The position numbers were made by a program, and so were the translations under genes. From Rhina ancylostomus (lineage: Eukaryota), in contig JARFYF010000074.1 of NCBI GenBank assembly GCA_030265395.1, forward strand, positions 45,236,645 through 45,300,644: a DNA stretch of 64,000 nucleotides, given 5' to 3'. Positions 41,301 to 56,300 of the stretch are shown here, one piece after another; the first letter of the stretch is position 1; every line of letters begins with the position of its first letter. Under the pieces are notes generated by a model, which was not told the DNA's origin, did no database searches, and worked only from the letters and a program-made list of their open reading frames with translations.

Positions 41301-44300
41301 AAAGTGCGTTGGAAATCCAGGGGTCTTGAAAGATGCAATGCAATCTAGCTTCCTTTGGTCCTTGCTATTTGTCACAAATTTCTATTTGTTACTGCATGAA
41401 ACTTGCCTTGGATGAATTCGTGCTTTGCCAGCAACAGATTCACACACCCAACAACAGCCCTCATGTACAGGATACTAATCAAGAAACTTTTATAATAGCT
41501 TTTCAGCTTGATAACCATCTATTCCTGGGTGACCCACTCAACTATTCTGCCTTGTAGATCCAGTCTTCTGCTCCAAAAGATTGAACATTGCTAACATCTC
41601 TGGGACCTAGCTAGAAATTTGGCCAAAACAAAGGTTTTCTGTCTTTGTTAAAGTTAAATAACTTCAGATTCTTCCAAACTGCTGCAATTTAGTTTATAAG
41701 TAGTCTACAGAAGTTTCCTATAAATTTAAGATCATAAGAGTTCTATAAAATTTAAGTATGGATATGTTAGGTTTTCAGGCAGTGTAGCAGGTACCTGATT
41801 TTTGAAATGTCTCCTACTCAACGTGCATAGTAAAGAGCAAACCTGGAAGGTATTCTCTCTTGCACTCCTCTGTGATTAATCTGGTATAAAATCACAAGCT
41901 GTTGCACAGCAAAGACAAAACCCTTGCTTTACCCTTCAAAATGATATTTGCCTTATTTATTTAGCTGGGGAATTCTACTGAATATAAGATAAGGTAGCAA
42001 CATAAACTGAGTTGCATTGAACTTAACAAAGAGCAACATCAACCAAAGACTATGGATTTTCTGCTTCGATTTGTCATTGTTTCCATTTTTACAATTCGTA
42101 TCCTTCTCATTTGGACAATAAGGCTCAACCTGTGACATATTGTCTTGCAAAACAGAAGGATGAATGAAGTTACCTAAAATTTTAATATCATAGCTCCAAT
42201 AAGAGGTGGGCTTTTTTATGTATTCATTTTTCAAGATTTGGGTGTCGAATTTATTGCCCATCCCTAATTGCTCTTGCCTCTATTTGATTTGAACCACCGT
42301 AATCCTTCTGGTGAAGGTACTCACACAATGCTGTTGGGAGACAACATTTCAGGATTTAGATCCAGAAACAATGAAGGAACAACAATATAATTCCTGGTCA
42401 AGATGCTGTTCAACACGGGGAAACTGCAGGTGGTAGCGTTCCCATGTGCCTGCAGTTCTTGCCCTTGTAGTAGAGGCTGTGGATTTGGGTGGTGTATTTG
42501 GTATAGCCTAAGCAATTAAATGCAGTGCATTTTGTACATGGTACACACAGCAGCCACTGTGTACTGGTAGTGGATGAGGTATTAATCAAGTGGGCTGCTT
42601 TGTTCTGGATGGCATCAAATTTCTTGAGTGCTTTTGGAGTCACCCTCATCGAGACAAGTGGAAGGCATTCTTTCACGCTCCTAATTTGTGTCTAGAAGAT
42701 GGTGGAAATGCTGGTGAGTGACTGACACCCAGAATCCATGCACGGGGGAAAGACCATAATTTAAACACGGTTACCCTCACAGAAAGGGAGAAAAACTGGA
42801 AAATGAATGGATCTGTGCCAATCTCAGATGCTTCATGGTGGCTGTTTAATGCCAGATGTCAACCGAGGTCTAAAATCCTGGCAGCTGTCACTTGCTTAGT
42901 AGGGCACCCATGCAAATTCCAAGGGGATCTGCAAGACAGAAGGAAAATTAATCAATTAAAAAGTTTATTGAAATTATTACAGAGGCAAGAGATCTGCATT
43001 TAAAAATAACTTGCATGTGTTGAATCATGTGAAAAGGCAGAAAAAGATAGTTAATGTGTGAGAATAATAATAGACTGGGTGGGTGTAATAATGAGAGTGG
43101 GGCTGAAGGAGGTGATGTTGCTTTAGTTTTCAGTCTCATCTTTCCTTGGGCCAGCTTCCTTCAGTTTAAAAATAGATCACATACATGCATAAGTTTGTCT
43201 TTTTAAAATTTGTTTCCTGCACTTGGGCTGTATCCTCTTCTGGCATTTCAGCTTTTATTTTCTGTATCTCCTGCTATTGGTACATCCTCCAGACACACCT
43301 TCACCAAGCCGTTCTCAGTCAGCACCAACACTGCTTCTTTCATTCAATCTCTCCTAGGCTCCACCCTATCACAGACATTTTTTTGCTCTTATCTTTCCTT
43401 CCCACTTTTCTCTATGACTTACAACTAGTTTCATTTCTAACTTTCCCCAGCTTTGACAAAAGACCATCAACTTGAAATGTTAAGTCTGTTTGCTTTCAGT
43501 TTATGCATTAACCAATGCAAACCATGTCCACTTGAGTGGTATCCCATTTGTCACACTAGACAACCACTGGTGCACCATGGCTGTGGAGTGTGCATCTACA
43601 ACATGCCTTCAAGCAATTTACCAAAACATCTTCAGTATTTCCAAACTCTAACTGTCTGCCAGTGGGTGTGTGAGAACACCACCACCTGTAGGTTGCCCTC
43701 TAAGTTGCCCAGCATCCTGAATTGATGATATATAGTGAATCCTTTGCAGTCATTGGCTGAGAATCCTAGGGCTCCCTGTTTAACAGCACTGTGGAAATAT
43801 GTTCAATGCAAGAAAAATTCAGGATGGCAGCTCACCATCACTTTCTCAAGAATAATCAGAGATGGGCAATGAATCGGCTTTGCCAGTAAAATCCTACTTT
43901 CCACAGGAGTGTTAATAATGTCCGTGTTTTAAACTTTGGAAGGTGCAAGAGCTGTTCAGGCTAAACCTTGGGCCACAATTCTGATATATGGCTGCTGATT
44001 AGGCAGCTTCTGAGTAATGACCCAAAAATCTTTAGTGAAAGAATTTCCATGATTCTCTCCCAATTTCACAACTGAGTGCCCGTGGAAGATCACTAGAAGT
44101 GCTGTAGAAATAAAGTCAGTGTGTGCAGCTATTATTAATATGGTTAATCAGGGATTCTACTGATGCACTAACTAAACAGACAATCACAAAGTACTTGAAG
44201 TGTACTTGGAAACAGTCACATTTTTAATAAAGAAGAGAGTTTATAAAATAAATCATTTGTTTCTGTACTTTGAACAGAAATGCATATTGTAAGCAAGATT

Positions 44301-47300
44301 TCTTTATCTCACGTATCCTAAAAAAGGGGTCATAATGCTTGGGTAGGTTCTATGTGCAGCATCATGTTCAGGTACCTTACCATCTAACTTTTGGTATACA
44401 GCCTGGATAGTGAGTGTGGATGATTTATCCATTTGTTGGAACCACCATAGACCAACCAGCCATTTGAATCCTAGCTTCCAACAGATAATGGCCAGAAATG
44501 AGGCTTCTGATTAATTCTCTCTCACACATAATGGGTAGAGCTATCCTAGTTGAGATCATGTAACTCAAGGACAAAACTTGCAGTTTCATGGCTCAGTTCT
44601 CTTCCTTTATCAGTGCATTTTTTCATTAAGCCATTCAAAGACAATTTACTATTTCTGATAAATCAAACCTTTTTTAAAAAAAATAATGCATATAGTCATG
44701 GGGATATTACTGTTATTACAGCCACCTCATAAGTCAAATCAAACACAGCAGGGAGGATTTTGAGGTTACAAACAATATTACATGCTACTTTGAAATGTGC
44801 CAGGAATAAAATGGGGCGGGGGGTGAGCTGGCCCAGGTTTGTGACAAAATTGTCATTCAGAGCATCTATTATTGCTCATATCTGAGCTTCCAAATGTAAA
44901 CACTGTCCAATGAGGGTGAATTGAATGTGGGAGCATTTATCCAGATTAATACACACTTGGAAGCTTCTAAGGAGACACAATATGTATGTTTGATGTTGAT
45001 CATGGTTAAAATAAATGGAAAGAACATCTCAGTAAAAATTGTGGTAAATATGTATGCGTACTACTTTCACTTAGTCCCTCAAACTGGAAAGTGTTCATTT
45101 GTGGAATATTAATGGCTGGTAAGTTAGAAATTTCTAAAAAAAAAATAATTTTGGTGTGGAAGTCCCAGTGGATTCAATCTCCGTTTCATCATTTATCCTG
45201 AAGTCCATGGAATATTATGCTATCTCTAGGAATGTTCTGTGTATGGACACATGGCTCACTTGAAGCTTGCCCCATCCCTACCAACCACTCTCAGCTGCAC
45301 CAGTGATTCTGTTTTTTGTATGTATTAGTGCTTCATTTCAACTGTCCTGCTGTCCATACATGGTTCAAAAACGTTTTATATTCCTGCCTTTCTTGTCTCC
45401 AGAAAGCAGTTTCATATTCCTATCATACACATACCTGAAAACCAATTGCATCTTCTTTTGCATGCTACAGAAAGTAAGTTCCACCTTCCTATTTTTGTTG
45501 TTTACCTCAAAGTAAATTTCGTCTTCTCTGTGTGCCAGAAAAGCAGTTCCATCTTTCTGTCTTCTGTTTGTGCATTAGAAGGTAAGGTCCATCTCACTGA
45601 CTTTCTGAAAAGCAGTTCCACATTCTTATCTCCCTTGAGTGCCTACAAAGGTAAGCTGTTGTGTGCTCAAAAGCAAATCCGATACTTAGCTAGCCTGTAA
45701 CATTATATCAAGCTTCACTTGATTATCATACTTGTGCATTGTTTGTGTCCAAACTTCTATCTTTCAAGGTGAATTTGGATTCTGACAATGCAAGTTAAGA
45801 TGTTCATTGATCAATTCCTTGATACTTAACCAGGGGAAAGCAGCCTTTTACAGTCCTTAGTCCAAGCTGTACAGAAGGAATTACTCTGCCTCATTTTCTG
45901 TAATGGGCAGTAAGTTAATTCATTTTATCTTTTTAATCAATCCTTTAATTAAAGGCAAAACCATATTAGAATAAAAGAATAAGGCATTTCAGTCCTTAAT
46001 TAATTATTGCCCCAAATAAGAAAAACCTCTTTTCCAAGGAAAATTCTGATGGCTCCTCTCAGAAAATTAAACCCTCCTTTGTATGTAAGCATGTATCAAT
46101 AGTGGCTGAGAAATATGCTGCGAGGTTATTTATAAAGGACAATTGTTTATTTAATCAGAGCTCATCTAAGAATCATTTTCAATTCTATAAGTTTAGTTCT
46201 GGGTGACAGCACAAGCGTTTTTGACGAAAATATTCCACTATTCAAACTCCCTTATTGGGTGAATTGATCATTTTCTAATCCTTTTAAAATCAGTTGGTCC
46301 CACAAGTTCTCTAGAGATGCATTATTAAAAGTCTAATTCACTTTTTCTGCATAATTGACAAAGCAGTGTCTAGATTTTAAAAATATTAAATTATGATATT
46401 TCATTATTTTTCCTTTTAAGTTTCAGGTTTGGTAGTTATTCTAGGTTTATATTGATTTTTACTTTCAACCCTCTACAGCCCACCAGACACATTTTGAATC
46501 TACCAGACTGGAAGATGTAACGTCCTTCAGTGCTCCAGATCCAAGCATTGTTGCAACGCCAATATATGAGGAGAGTGAAGAGGCTGTAGAGGAAGAACTT
46601 CCAAATTTAATTCTGGATGCAGGTATTGTTGGAGGATGGATCACATTGCTTAAAAAAATGGATAGTTTAATCACCAAAGTATGATTGTAAATTTTGGATT
46701 CTTGCCTGATGTGAATCCATCAAGCAAAGTCCAAAGAATGATAGGAGATTGTTGTTCTCTACTTCACCTAATAATGGCCATTTCTCCTTTTGCTCTAATA
46801 TAACTCTACCAAACATTCTGTAATCTATTTAAATTCCTTTACAGTTGAAGTGGACTCAGAAAACCAATGAAAACACAACATAAAAACTAATAACAAATTA
46901 TTTCAGTGGCAATTTAGCATGGCTAATAATCTGAAATCTGCTTAATGTAAAGGATGACATATTGCCAAAAGCAGTGCCATCTTTCTAGGCCTTGAAAGTC
47001 CTTCTCATAGGTTATTAAAGATTATAAGCATTGTTATAAAAATTGTTCTGTGGATGTAAGTTTTAGCCAATGAGTAATTATAATTATTTTCTCTGTAAAG
47101 CATACTAAAACATTGATTAAAAACATACAGAAGAAACCAGAGTGCAAGAGAGTCCACAGATGCATTTAAGGGTTGTCATCATTGTTGTTCAAAGAGATAT
47201 GTTATCACTTATCTTGATACATGCATATCCTGATTATTTTTTAAGAAAACAGTGTTTAATTATGCTGATATAAAATAACTTGCTTAACCACAGCAATTAG

Positions 47301-50300
47301 GGACTTGGATCCAGGAGTAGAATATGGCTATGCCTGGGAAGGAATGGGAGCTTAACAGCTCATGAGAACCAAGGCAGGATTAGACTATGGTTACAGGGAA
47401 TATATTGTTCATATATATTTAAAGTAAGTGCACAGCAGTTTTCAGAGGAAAGTGACAACTTTATTGTTCATTGAGCATTGCATGTGACTAATGATGAGAT
47501 GGGAACAGTGAATGTCCAAATGAAGGGAGATTTATGTGACTTTGACTGCAGCTTGATGATTTGATTATGGCTGTAAATGTAGAGGAATGTGAATATCTCT
47601 ATTTGGGGAAGTGCATCAGTGCACCACAGAATCCAACAGCAGGAATATTAACTAACCTATATAAATCAAGTGTTTGGACTNNNNNNNNNNNNNNNNNNNN
47701 NNNNNNNNNNNNNNNNNNNNNNNNNNNNNNNNNNNNNNNNNNNNNNNNNNNNNNNNNNNNNNNNNNNNNNNNNNNNNNNNCCTATATAAATCAAGTGTTT
47801 GGACTCATTTGTAATATTGAATCACATTCTAGATACCAAACTTAAGAGAATGCCAAGGCCTTAGTGAGGGTCTGGAGGAGATTTACCAGAATGACTTCCA
47901 GGATGAGAGAGTTCACTTATGTGAAGAGACTAGAGATATGGGGTTGCTCTACTTAAAAGCAGAGAAATATGATTAAATAGAGGTGTTCAAAATATAGGGT
48001 TTTGATATTGAGGACAGGTGGCAATGTCAAACACAAAAGGGAAGAGATTTAAAGTGACAGAAAGGAGTGTTTAAACAAGATCTGAAGGGTAAAACTTTTA
48101 CACAGAGTGGTTGATATCTGGAATGTGCTGACAGAGAAGGTGGGGGAATCAGACATGTGTAAAAGGACATTCAGACATAGGCATAGAAAGATACAGTCCT
48201 AATGTGGACAAATAGGATTAGTGTAGACGAGCAAAAAAATGTTGGCATAGATGTGGCACACTGAAAGATTTGTTTCTGTGACTATGACAGCGAGTCAGGT
48301 GATGGTAACCAGGTAATTTTGAGCAATCTGAGAATTTATACACAAGCTGACGTGATTAGGAAAGCAGCTACAGATTGGCAGGTATGATGTTGTGACCATC
48401 ACTGAGATGTGGCTAAAGGATGGATGCCTTTGGGAGTTGAACGTCCAAGGATACACGGTGTATCAGAAGGATAGGCAGGTAGGCAGAGGGGCGGTGTGAC
48501 TTTGCTGGTAAGAAATAATATTAAATCATTAGAAAGAAGTGACATAGAATTGGAAGGTGTAGGATCTTTATGGGTTGAGTTAAGAAATCACAAGGGTAAA
48601 AGGAACCTGATGACAGTTATAAACAGGCCTCCAAACAGCTGCCATGATGTGGACTACAAATTACAACAGGAAATAGAAAAGGCTTGTCAGAAGGGCAATG
48701 TTATGTTAATCGTGGGGGATTTTAACATGCTAGTGGATTGGGAAAATCAGGTTGGTACTGGATCTCAAGAGAGAGAATTTGTAGAATGTCTCTGAGATGG
48801 CTTTTTAGAACAGCTTGTTCTTGAGCCCACTAGGGGATCAGCCGTACTGGACTAGGTATTGTATAATGAACCAGAGGAGGTTAGAGAGCTTAAGGTGAAG
48901 GAACCCTTAGGAGGCAGTGATCACAACATGACTGAGTTCACTTTGAAATTTGAGAAGGAGAAGCCAAAATCCGATGTGTCATATTTCAGTGGAGTAAAGG
49001 AAACTACAGTGGCATGAGAGAGGAACTGGCCAAGGTTGACTGGAAAGGGACACTTGCAGGAAGGACGGCAGAGTAGAAATGGCTGGAATTTCTGTGAGAA
49101 GTGAGGAAAATGCAAGACAGATACAGTATATTCCAAAAAAGAAGACATTTTCGAATGGAAAAAGGACACAACCATGACTGACAAGAGAAGTCAAAGCCAA
49201 AGCAAAAACAAAGGAGAGGGCATACAAGGAAGCAAAAAATAGTGGGAAGATGGAGGATTGGGAAGCTTTTAAAAACTTACAAAAGACAACTAAGAAGGTC
49301 ATTAGGAAGGAAAAAATGAACTATGAAAGGAGGCTAGCAAATAATATCAGAGGACACTAAAAGCTTTTTCAAGTATATAAAGACTAAAAGACAGGCAAGA
49401 GTAGATATAGGACCAATAGAAAACAACTCTGGAGAAATTGTAATGGCAGGCAAGGAGATGGCAGAGGAGTTGAATGAGTATTTTCCATCAGTCTTCACTG
49501 AGGTAGACATCAGCAGTATACCGGACACTCAAGGGTGTCAGGGAAGAAGAGTGTGTGCAGTAACAATTACAACAGAGAAAGTACTCAGGAAACGGAATGG
49601 TCTAAGGGTAGATAAATCTCCCAGACCAGATGGAATGCACTCTTGTATTCTGAAGGAAGTAGCTGTAGAGATTGCAGAGGCTTTAGTAATGATCTTTCAA
49701 GAATCAATAGTTCTGGCATGGTTTCAGAGCACTGAAAAATTGCAAATGTCACTCCGCTATTTAAAAAGCAAATTATAGACCTGTTAGCCTGACATTGGCG
49801 GTTAGGAAGTTGTTGAAGTCAATTGTCAAGGATGAGGTTATGGAGTACCTGGAGGCACATGACAAAATAGGCTGAACTCAGCATGGTTTCTTTAAAGGAA
49901 AATCCTGCCTGGCAAACCTATTGCAATTATTTGAGGAAATTACAAGCAGGCTAGACAAAGAAGATGCAGTGGACGTTGTGTATTTTGATTTTCAGAAGGC
50001 TTTGGACAAGGTGCTGCACATGAGGAATTACAGGAAAGTTACAAGCATGGATAGAGCATTGGCTGATTGGCAGGAAGCAGAGAATGGGAATAAAAGGATC
50101 CCATTCTGGTTTGCTGCCAGTTACCAGTTGTGTTCCGCAGGGGTCCATGTTGGGACCACTTCTTTTTACGTTGTATATCAACTATTTTGAGTATGGAATA
50201 AATAGCTTTGTGGCTAAGTTTGCTGATGACACAAAGATAGTTGGAGGTGCAGGTAGAGTTCAGGAAACAGATTCTGCAGGGAGACTTGGATAGACTAGGA

Positions 50301-53300
50301 GAATGGGCAAAGAAGTGGCAAATGAAATACATTGTTGGAAAGTGTATGGTCATGCACNNNNNNNNNNNNNNNNNNNNNNNNNNNNNNNNNNNNNNNNNNN
50401 NNNNNNNNNNNNNNNNNNNNNNNNNNNNNNNNNNNNNNNNNNNNNNNNNNNNNNNNNGTTAAGGCAGAGATTGAAAGGTATCTGAGTAGCCAGGGCATCA
50501 AAGGTTATGGTGAGAAGCTGGGGGAGTGGGGCTAATGGGAGAATGGATGAGCTCATGATAGAATGGCAGAGCAGACTCGATGGACCGAATGGCCAACTTC
50601 TGCTCCCTTGTCTTATGGCTTTGCCCACGAGTGATAGAAATAAATTCAGTTTTAAATTTCAAAAGGGAGTAGGATAAAAATTATAGAGGAATATTTTTCA
50701 GAGCTATGTTAAATGGTCAGGGGAATGAGACCAATCGAATAGCTCTAAAAGCTGGCAGAGACACGATGGGTCAGGTGGCCTTCCTGTATGCTGCAAGATT
50801 CTATGATGTGGGTCATTTTTAACTCTGATCATTAGAAAGATTAATATAATTCATAAGATGCAGAGAAAAGGACCAGTGTATAGCTGTGAGATGGGTAGGA
50901 GGGGCCAGGATTTGGCTTTCTTTTTGATAGGGAGAAATGGTGATGTAGAACGTACAGTTTAATTAAGGGGAGGCTGTCCAAGTTCAAACTGGACTTACTG
51001 CACATTGTTGATGCATGTCCTCCCTCAAAACCTGAAGAAAAGTGTTTGGATACTTGATTATGGAAATCTATGACTTAAAAGTTCTGTGCTTTTTAAAAGT
51101 TTTCACTACCTGTGGTAACGAAAGAAGTCGGCAATCTATTTTGGTACAGTATATTCCTATGGGCAGAGAGTGCATGCAATTCATTACAACAAAAAAAATA
51201 GATAAGTAAATGGAGAACATGTATCCAAAGGATTAATGGTGTTATAGGCAAAATATGTACATTAAAGAATGCCCCGTGTTTAATATCATGATTCTTTTAT
51301 TTGTGGTCAATCTAGACAAGGCTGCACCTAGCTTTCCAGAAAAGCCACCCATTCGATGTGAAGAGCCTCTGCCAGCACAGAATGTGCCAAGCTATACTGA
51401 CGAACCTGCTCTGGTAGATATGGATGCTCCAAATCCTGTATGGCCTGAGGCACCCAGCTTTGTACACACTGAAGAGTCAGTGCATATTGAGCAGAGAGGT
51501 TTTACAAGTACTGAGGAACAAAGCCTTGTGGACATTGGGAAGCCACAAACAAATGACAATTTTCCACAAGTGAATGAGAATTTACTGGACCTTTTGGAGG
51601 CTAATGGAATAGACCAGCTACCATCCGAATCACACAGTGAGATAGCAGAGAAGCCATTGATCTACACCAGTACTGACGAAATGGAATTGATTTTAGACAT
51701 GAAAAGGCCACCACTGGATGAGACACATGCAGACATTGATGCAAATAGCCAACTACTTGTGAACTTCCAGGAATCAGCAGGGCAATATGCAGAATTAGAG
51801 CCCACTGAACTAGGGCAACAGCAGCAGCCACACAACAGTGGAGGAAGTGAGGAAGACAACTTGCTGTGTTTTGATAACAGTGAAGGGTTACCAGCGCCAC
51901 CTCCAGACTGCCTTGATTCACAGCAGTGGGAGAATATTCCAAGCCTCATAGAGCTCGAAGGCTCTCAACAGATGAGTGAAGACTTTTGCTTTGGAATGCA
52001 GGAGTTGCCCAAGCCCCAGGATGCAGAGGTAAGATGGGATTAAAAGGACAGTTGCAGTGTCACTCATTATTGTACTTGAAAGCAGGAAATATTTTTATTT
52101 TACTTAAAGTTACAGCAAGTGCATGGAGTTCAACTTTGATTTCTTTATTCTGGTTCCATGATATTAATCAAAATGTGCCAGAGTTAGCTTTAGATATGAC
52201 ATAATAGGACAGAGCCTCTTACAACAGGAAAACTGGTTGCAAACAGTAGTTCACAGCAGTGCAGGACAGATTACATTGAGCAAGTCTTTTCCAAAAATTG
52301 AACCTTGTGCAATCATCCTCCTTGTCCGGTTAGGGTAATATCTGAAATGAATGAACAAGATTGGATAGGTTTCTACAGGGTGTGAGCCAACAGTGTACGA
52401 TTTAGCACTGTACTGACAATCATTCAGATTACAGGTTTAGCTGGTGGAAATATATATATGTACTGTAGAATCTTTCTTATTTCCAAATTTCTAATTTCCT
52501 AGTTTGGAAGTAGACATATTGTACAGTAGGACATACAGATCTAAAGATCAGATAAATTGTTGAGGCAGAATAAACTTGGGTGCTGAAAATACCACACAAG
52601 ACATTTGTGCCCAGTGCTAGGACTTGATGTCTTTACAGAGGAAACATTCCATGAACATTGTATAAATAAACCTAGAGTCTGAGTAAATTATCTCTTCTGC
52701 CTTAAGATTTTACGTGTTACAACCTAGTTCACTGAGATATGTGTATACATTTTGTTGATTTGTTTGATGGATGGACTTTCTGATAGTGGGAACAGCTTTT
52801 GCTTAGTTACTCCGTCTCTAATCGTAGGATATAAAATTAATTACAAAATTGATGGTGATGAGTGCTTTGCTGAGATTTAGAATGTCTTGCCCGAAAGATT
52901 GCTGATAGCAGCTTTAATAGCAACTTTCAAAAGGGAATTGCACATAGATTTGAGCTTTGGAGATTAATTAGAACACGATGCATTGGTACACTATTAACAA
53001 TGCTTCAAAGAGCCATTACTGGCATAATGAACCTACAGCCACCTCCTGTGATTCTATTCACCAGGCACTGCAGCCATTGATTTCAAGTCAGAGGAGGGTG
53101 GAGGGGAAAGAGTGTGCAGCTGGGTTAAGTTTCTGTATTTTTCTCATTTTTAAATCTAACACAATTGATCTGTTTCTTTTATCGGCAATATATCATATTA
53201 AAGAGTGAAATGCAAATAAAAACCCCAATTATAAAAGTTTTGTTTCCAAGTTAAATAATCCTGTAAAGCACTGCTGTTTTTATCAGAATAATTTTAGATA

Positions 53301-56300
53301 CAGTTCAGTATAATCTCTTGCATCCTGTAACTTTCATAAATTTTATGGTTTATATTCTATAGGCTGTTGAAGATTTTTTTAATCCACCGCAAGATGAATA
53401 TATTAAATTCCAATCACATGTAGAGGAAACTGGCAGTAAAATCCCAGGTGAGAAGCTGGCTTTTTCCCATCAGCACTATTGTCTTGCATGTTTTGAATTT
53501 CCTGAAAGTACTTTGATTACCATTGTACTTAACACATTTTCTCTATCATATCAATCATTCCATTTTCATTAAGTCCGGGGGGGGGGGGGGAACCTGATCA
53601 GGATATCCAGGGGATTGTCAGCTTCCATCCTGCTCTGTCAAAATGATCGAGTTTTTAGGATGACTTGGAGAACAAAGACGCCAGCCGCCTTATTTTCACT
53701 CCAAACCAGATCCATAAACCATCTCCAATTTTGCCTCCATTATGAAATTCAAAGCCCGAGGAATTTTGTCAGAGTTGGGACCAATTATTTAGATACTCCC
53801 TCTGTAACTCAGGATCTACCCTGTCCTACTTCTGTCCCTGCACCTTTCCCCTTCTGCCTTCCCCCATCCTCTCCCCAGAAACATTTTCTTCACGTGACTT
53901 GCCTCCTCTTCCTTTCACCCCATTCCATGTCGCAGTGCTGCAAGTGGCTCCATTTCATCATTTCTGCCATTTTCACACCTCTCCTAAACCTCCTCCCCAC
54001 CACCCCCAACAAATCTTGACCTGCCTTGCTTCTAAGCTCCTCTTTTGTTCCAAATCTGAGCCCATTTTCTCCATCTTTGTATGAACTTCTCCAATGAAAT
54101 TTTCATCCCTGCCAGAGCACTGGAACTTCTTTAACAAAAAACTGTGTGTCCATATTGCATTAACTCCCCCCATCCTACTTGACCCTTGTGCCTGTAACCC
54201 TTGGCCACCAGGATGGATGTTTTCTCTTGTAGAATCTAGAAACAAGGGTCACTGTTTGAAATAGTCAGTCTCCTATTTAAAACAAAGGGGAAAAGAGATT
54301 CCTAAGGGTGTAATGAGTCTTTGGAACACTCTTCAAAAAGAAAAGGATAAAGGAAGTAGAGCCTTGGAATATTTTTAAGGCAGAGGTTGGGTGGGATGTG
54401 CAGTTGATGTTCTAATCCTATTAGCCATGATCTTATAGAATGACAAACCATTTTTATCAGGCTGAGCCAAACTACTCACAGCTTCAGCATTTTAACAACC
54501 TTAGGCTGAATTTCAAACCACTTGTCCCTAAAAGTGCTATTAATTTCCATCTCTGTAACATCACCTGCTTCCGTCCCTCTGCCTTGTAAATTCATTGTCA
54601 CGTCAAGATTCATCCCTTCCACTGCTTTCCCAGTTGTCCTCCTATTCTTCATTCTCAACAACAGCCTGACGTAGACTCTTCAGCCTGCATATTATCCAGC
54701 ACAAGCCCCACTCACTCATTCTGTATTCGCTGAATCTTGCTCACAGCTGTTGCCCCAGATTTAATATGCTTTAAAATCTATTTAAACATTTTAACTTACT
54801 CCATTTCAGTATCCTCATCTATCTCTTCTATTATTTTTCCACACTTGTTTAATCCCTGCACCCCACCAAACCACCACTTTGAAACCCGTTCTTTTGAATG
54901 TGGCTTCTTGTTCAGCACCTATCCTGGTCTTCTCAACCCTGAATTTTTTTCCCTAAACCAATGCTACCTTCAACCCCATATTTTTGATCAAATTGTTTGA
55001 TTTTGCTGCCTAACTTACCTCCTCCACTTTGAACCTTGTTTTACCCTCATCCTTGAACGTGTTGTTGCCTCCCAAATGCATACACTTCTTTCTGGAACTC
55101 CATGTTTGAAAGCCTCCAATGGAGTTTCTGACCCTACCATGATAATGAAATAACACCCATCAAAGTCATTGATCAATTTGCCTCCACACTATCTGCCACT
55201 GCAACACTCTTGCTGCTCTTTTGCCACCTGTAGACTTAACTCTACTAGCCAGCCTTCAATTGTTCACCCTCCACAAATGAGCTCATTCAAGTGTCTTCTG
55301 CCTGATTTCTAAACTGTAGAAAGTCTCATTCAGCCATCACCACCATGCTCATTGGTCGACATTGGTTAGGAGGACAATGATACTTTGATTCTAAAATTCT
55401 TTGGATCCTTCCATAGCTTCACCACTACCCACCTTTTTGACCATGTCGGAACTCCACAACCTTCCAAGATCTGTACATTTGTCCAATGTGTACTTCTAGA
55501 AAGTTCTTGGTTTAAGAGCTCCACACACAGTAGCTGTGCTTTCAGCTGCTTTATCTTTATTGATACTAACCCAGTTATCCAAGTATCTGTCAATCAACTA
55601 TTTATATCTCACAGGGATAATGAGAACAAATTCAGTGCAATATAAACAGACATTGTAACCATCACACAGATGAAACAGTAATATCTCCTTACTTGGCCTG
55701 ATGTCAAAGTTTGTTTTATGACACCCATATGAAGGCCCTCAAGCATTTTATTACATTAATTACACTATGGAAATACTAGGTATTTTTTGTATTCACTTAG
55801 TTGTTCAGTTTCTCCTTGCATTTTGTTTTTGCAGCCTTGAATTTTTTGTGTGTTAGATACAAATTGTGCAGAATATGCAGTCTGAGGGATGGCATTTTTG
55901 AGCATCCCTTAGTCAAGAGAAGCACAGATACGAGCAAACCTCCTAAATAAACACATTTCAGACATGCACTACTGTGATTAATTTCACTTATCACATCAAC
56001 TTCCCTTTCCATTTAATTCTATGTTTTTGTGGATCTGGTCTGGGATGAGAATGCTTCAAATTCAATCTCCTTTTGTTAGCTTTGGCAGTTCTTAAGTGTA
56101 GAATTATAGGAAAAAATGGACTTAAAATTATTAAGAATTTGATTCCTGTTGTCACTTTTAACTGATTTAACTCTGATTTTCTAATAATGCCTCCCTCCTA
56201 GATTTTCCTGCTAAAATAGTTGTGCTTTGCCTGCCCTGTGCATTTTGATCAATTCAGTCATTTTCTCTCTGAACCACCAACCTCTCATAGGGCAGTCTAA

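Noticed and set aside
45365-45690. Repeat-spacer-like periodicity suggesting CRISPR
   Set aside because: Units are degenerate and variable, the context is a vertebrate intron, and there are no cas genes.
47656-47805. Identical 25-bp repeat flanking a 100-N gap
   Set aside because: Same scaffolding-artefact pattern.
48496-50293. Reverse transcriptase/endonuclease ORFs as a possible novel RT system
   Set aside because: Ordinary decayed CR1 LINE ORF2 with stops and frameshifts.
51601-51949. Minus-strand ORFs of 95-113 aa
   Set aside because: Shadow frames of the large drebrin exon.
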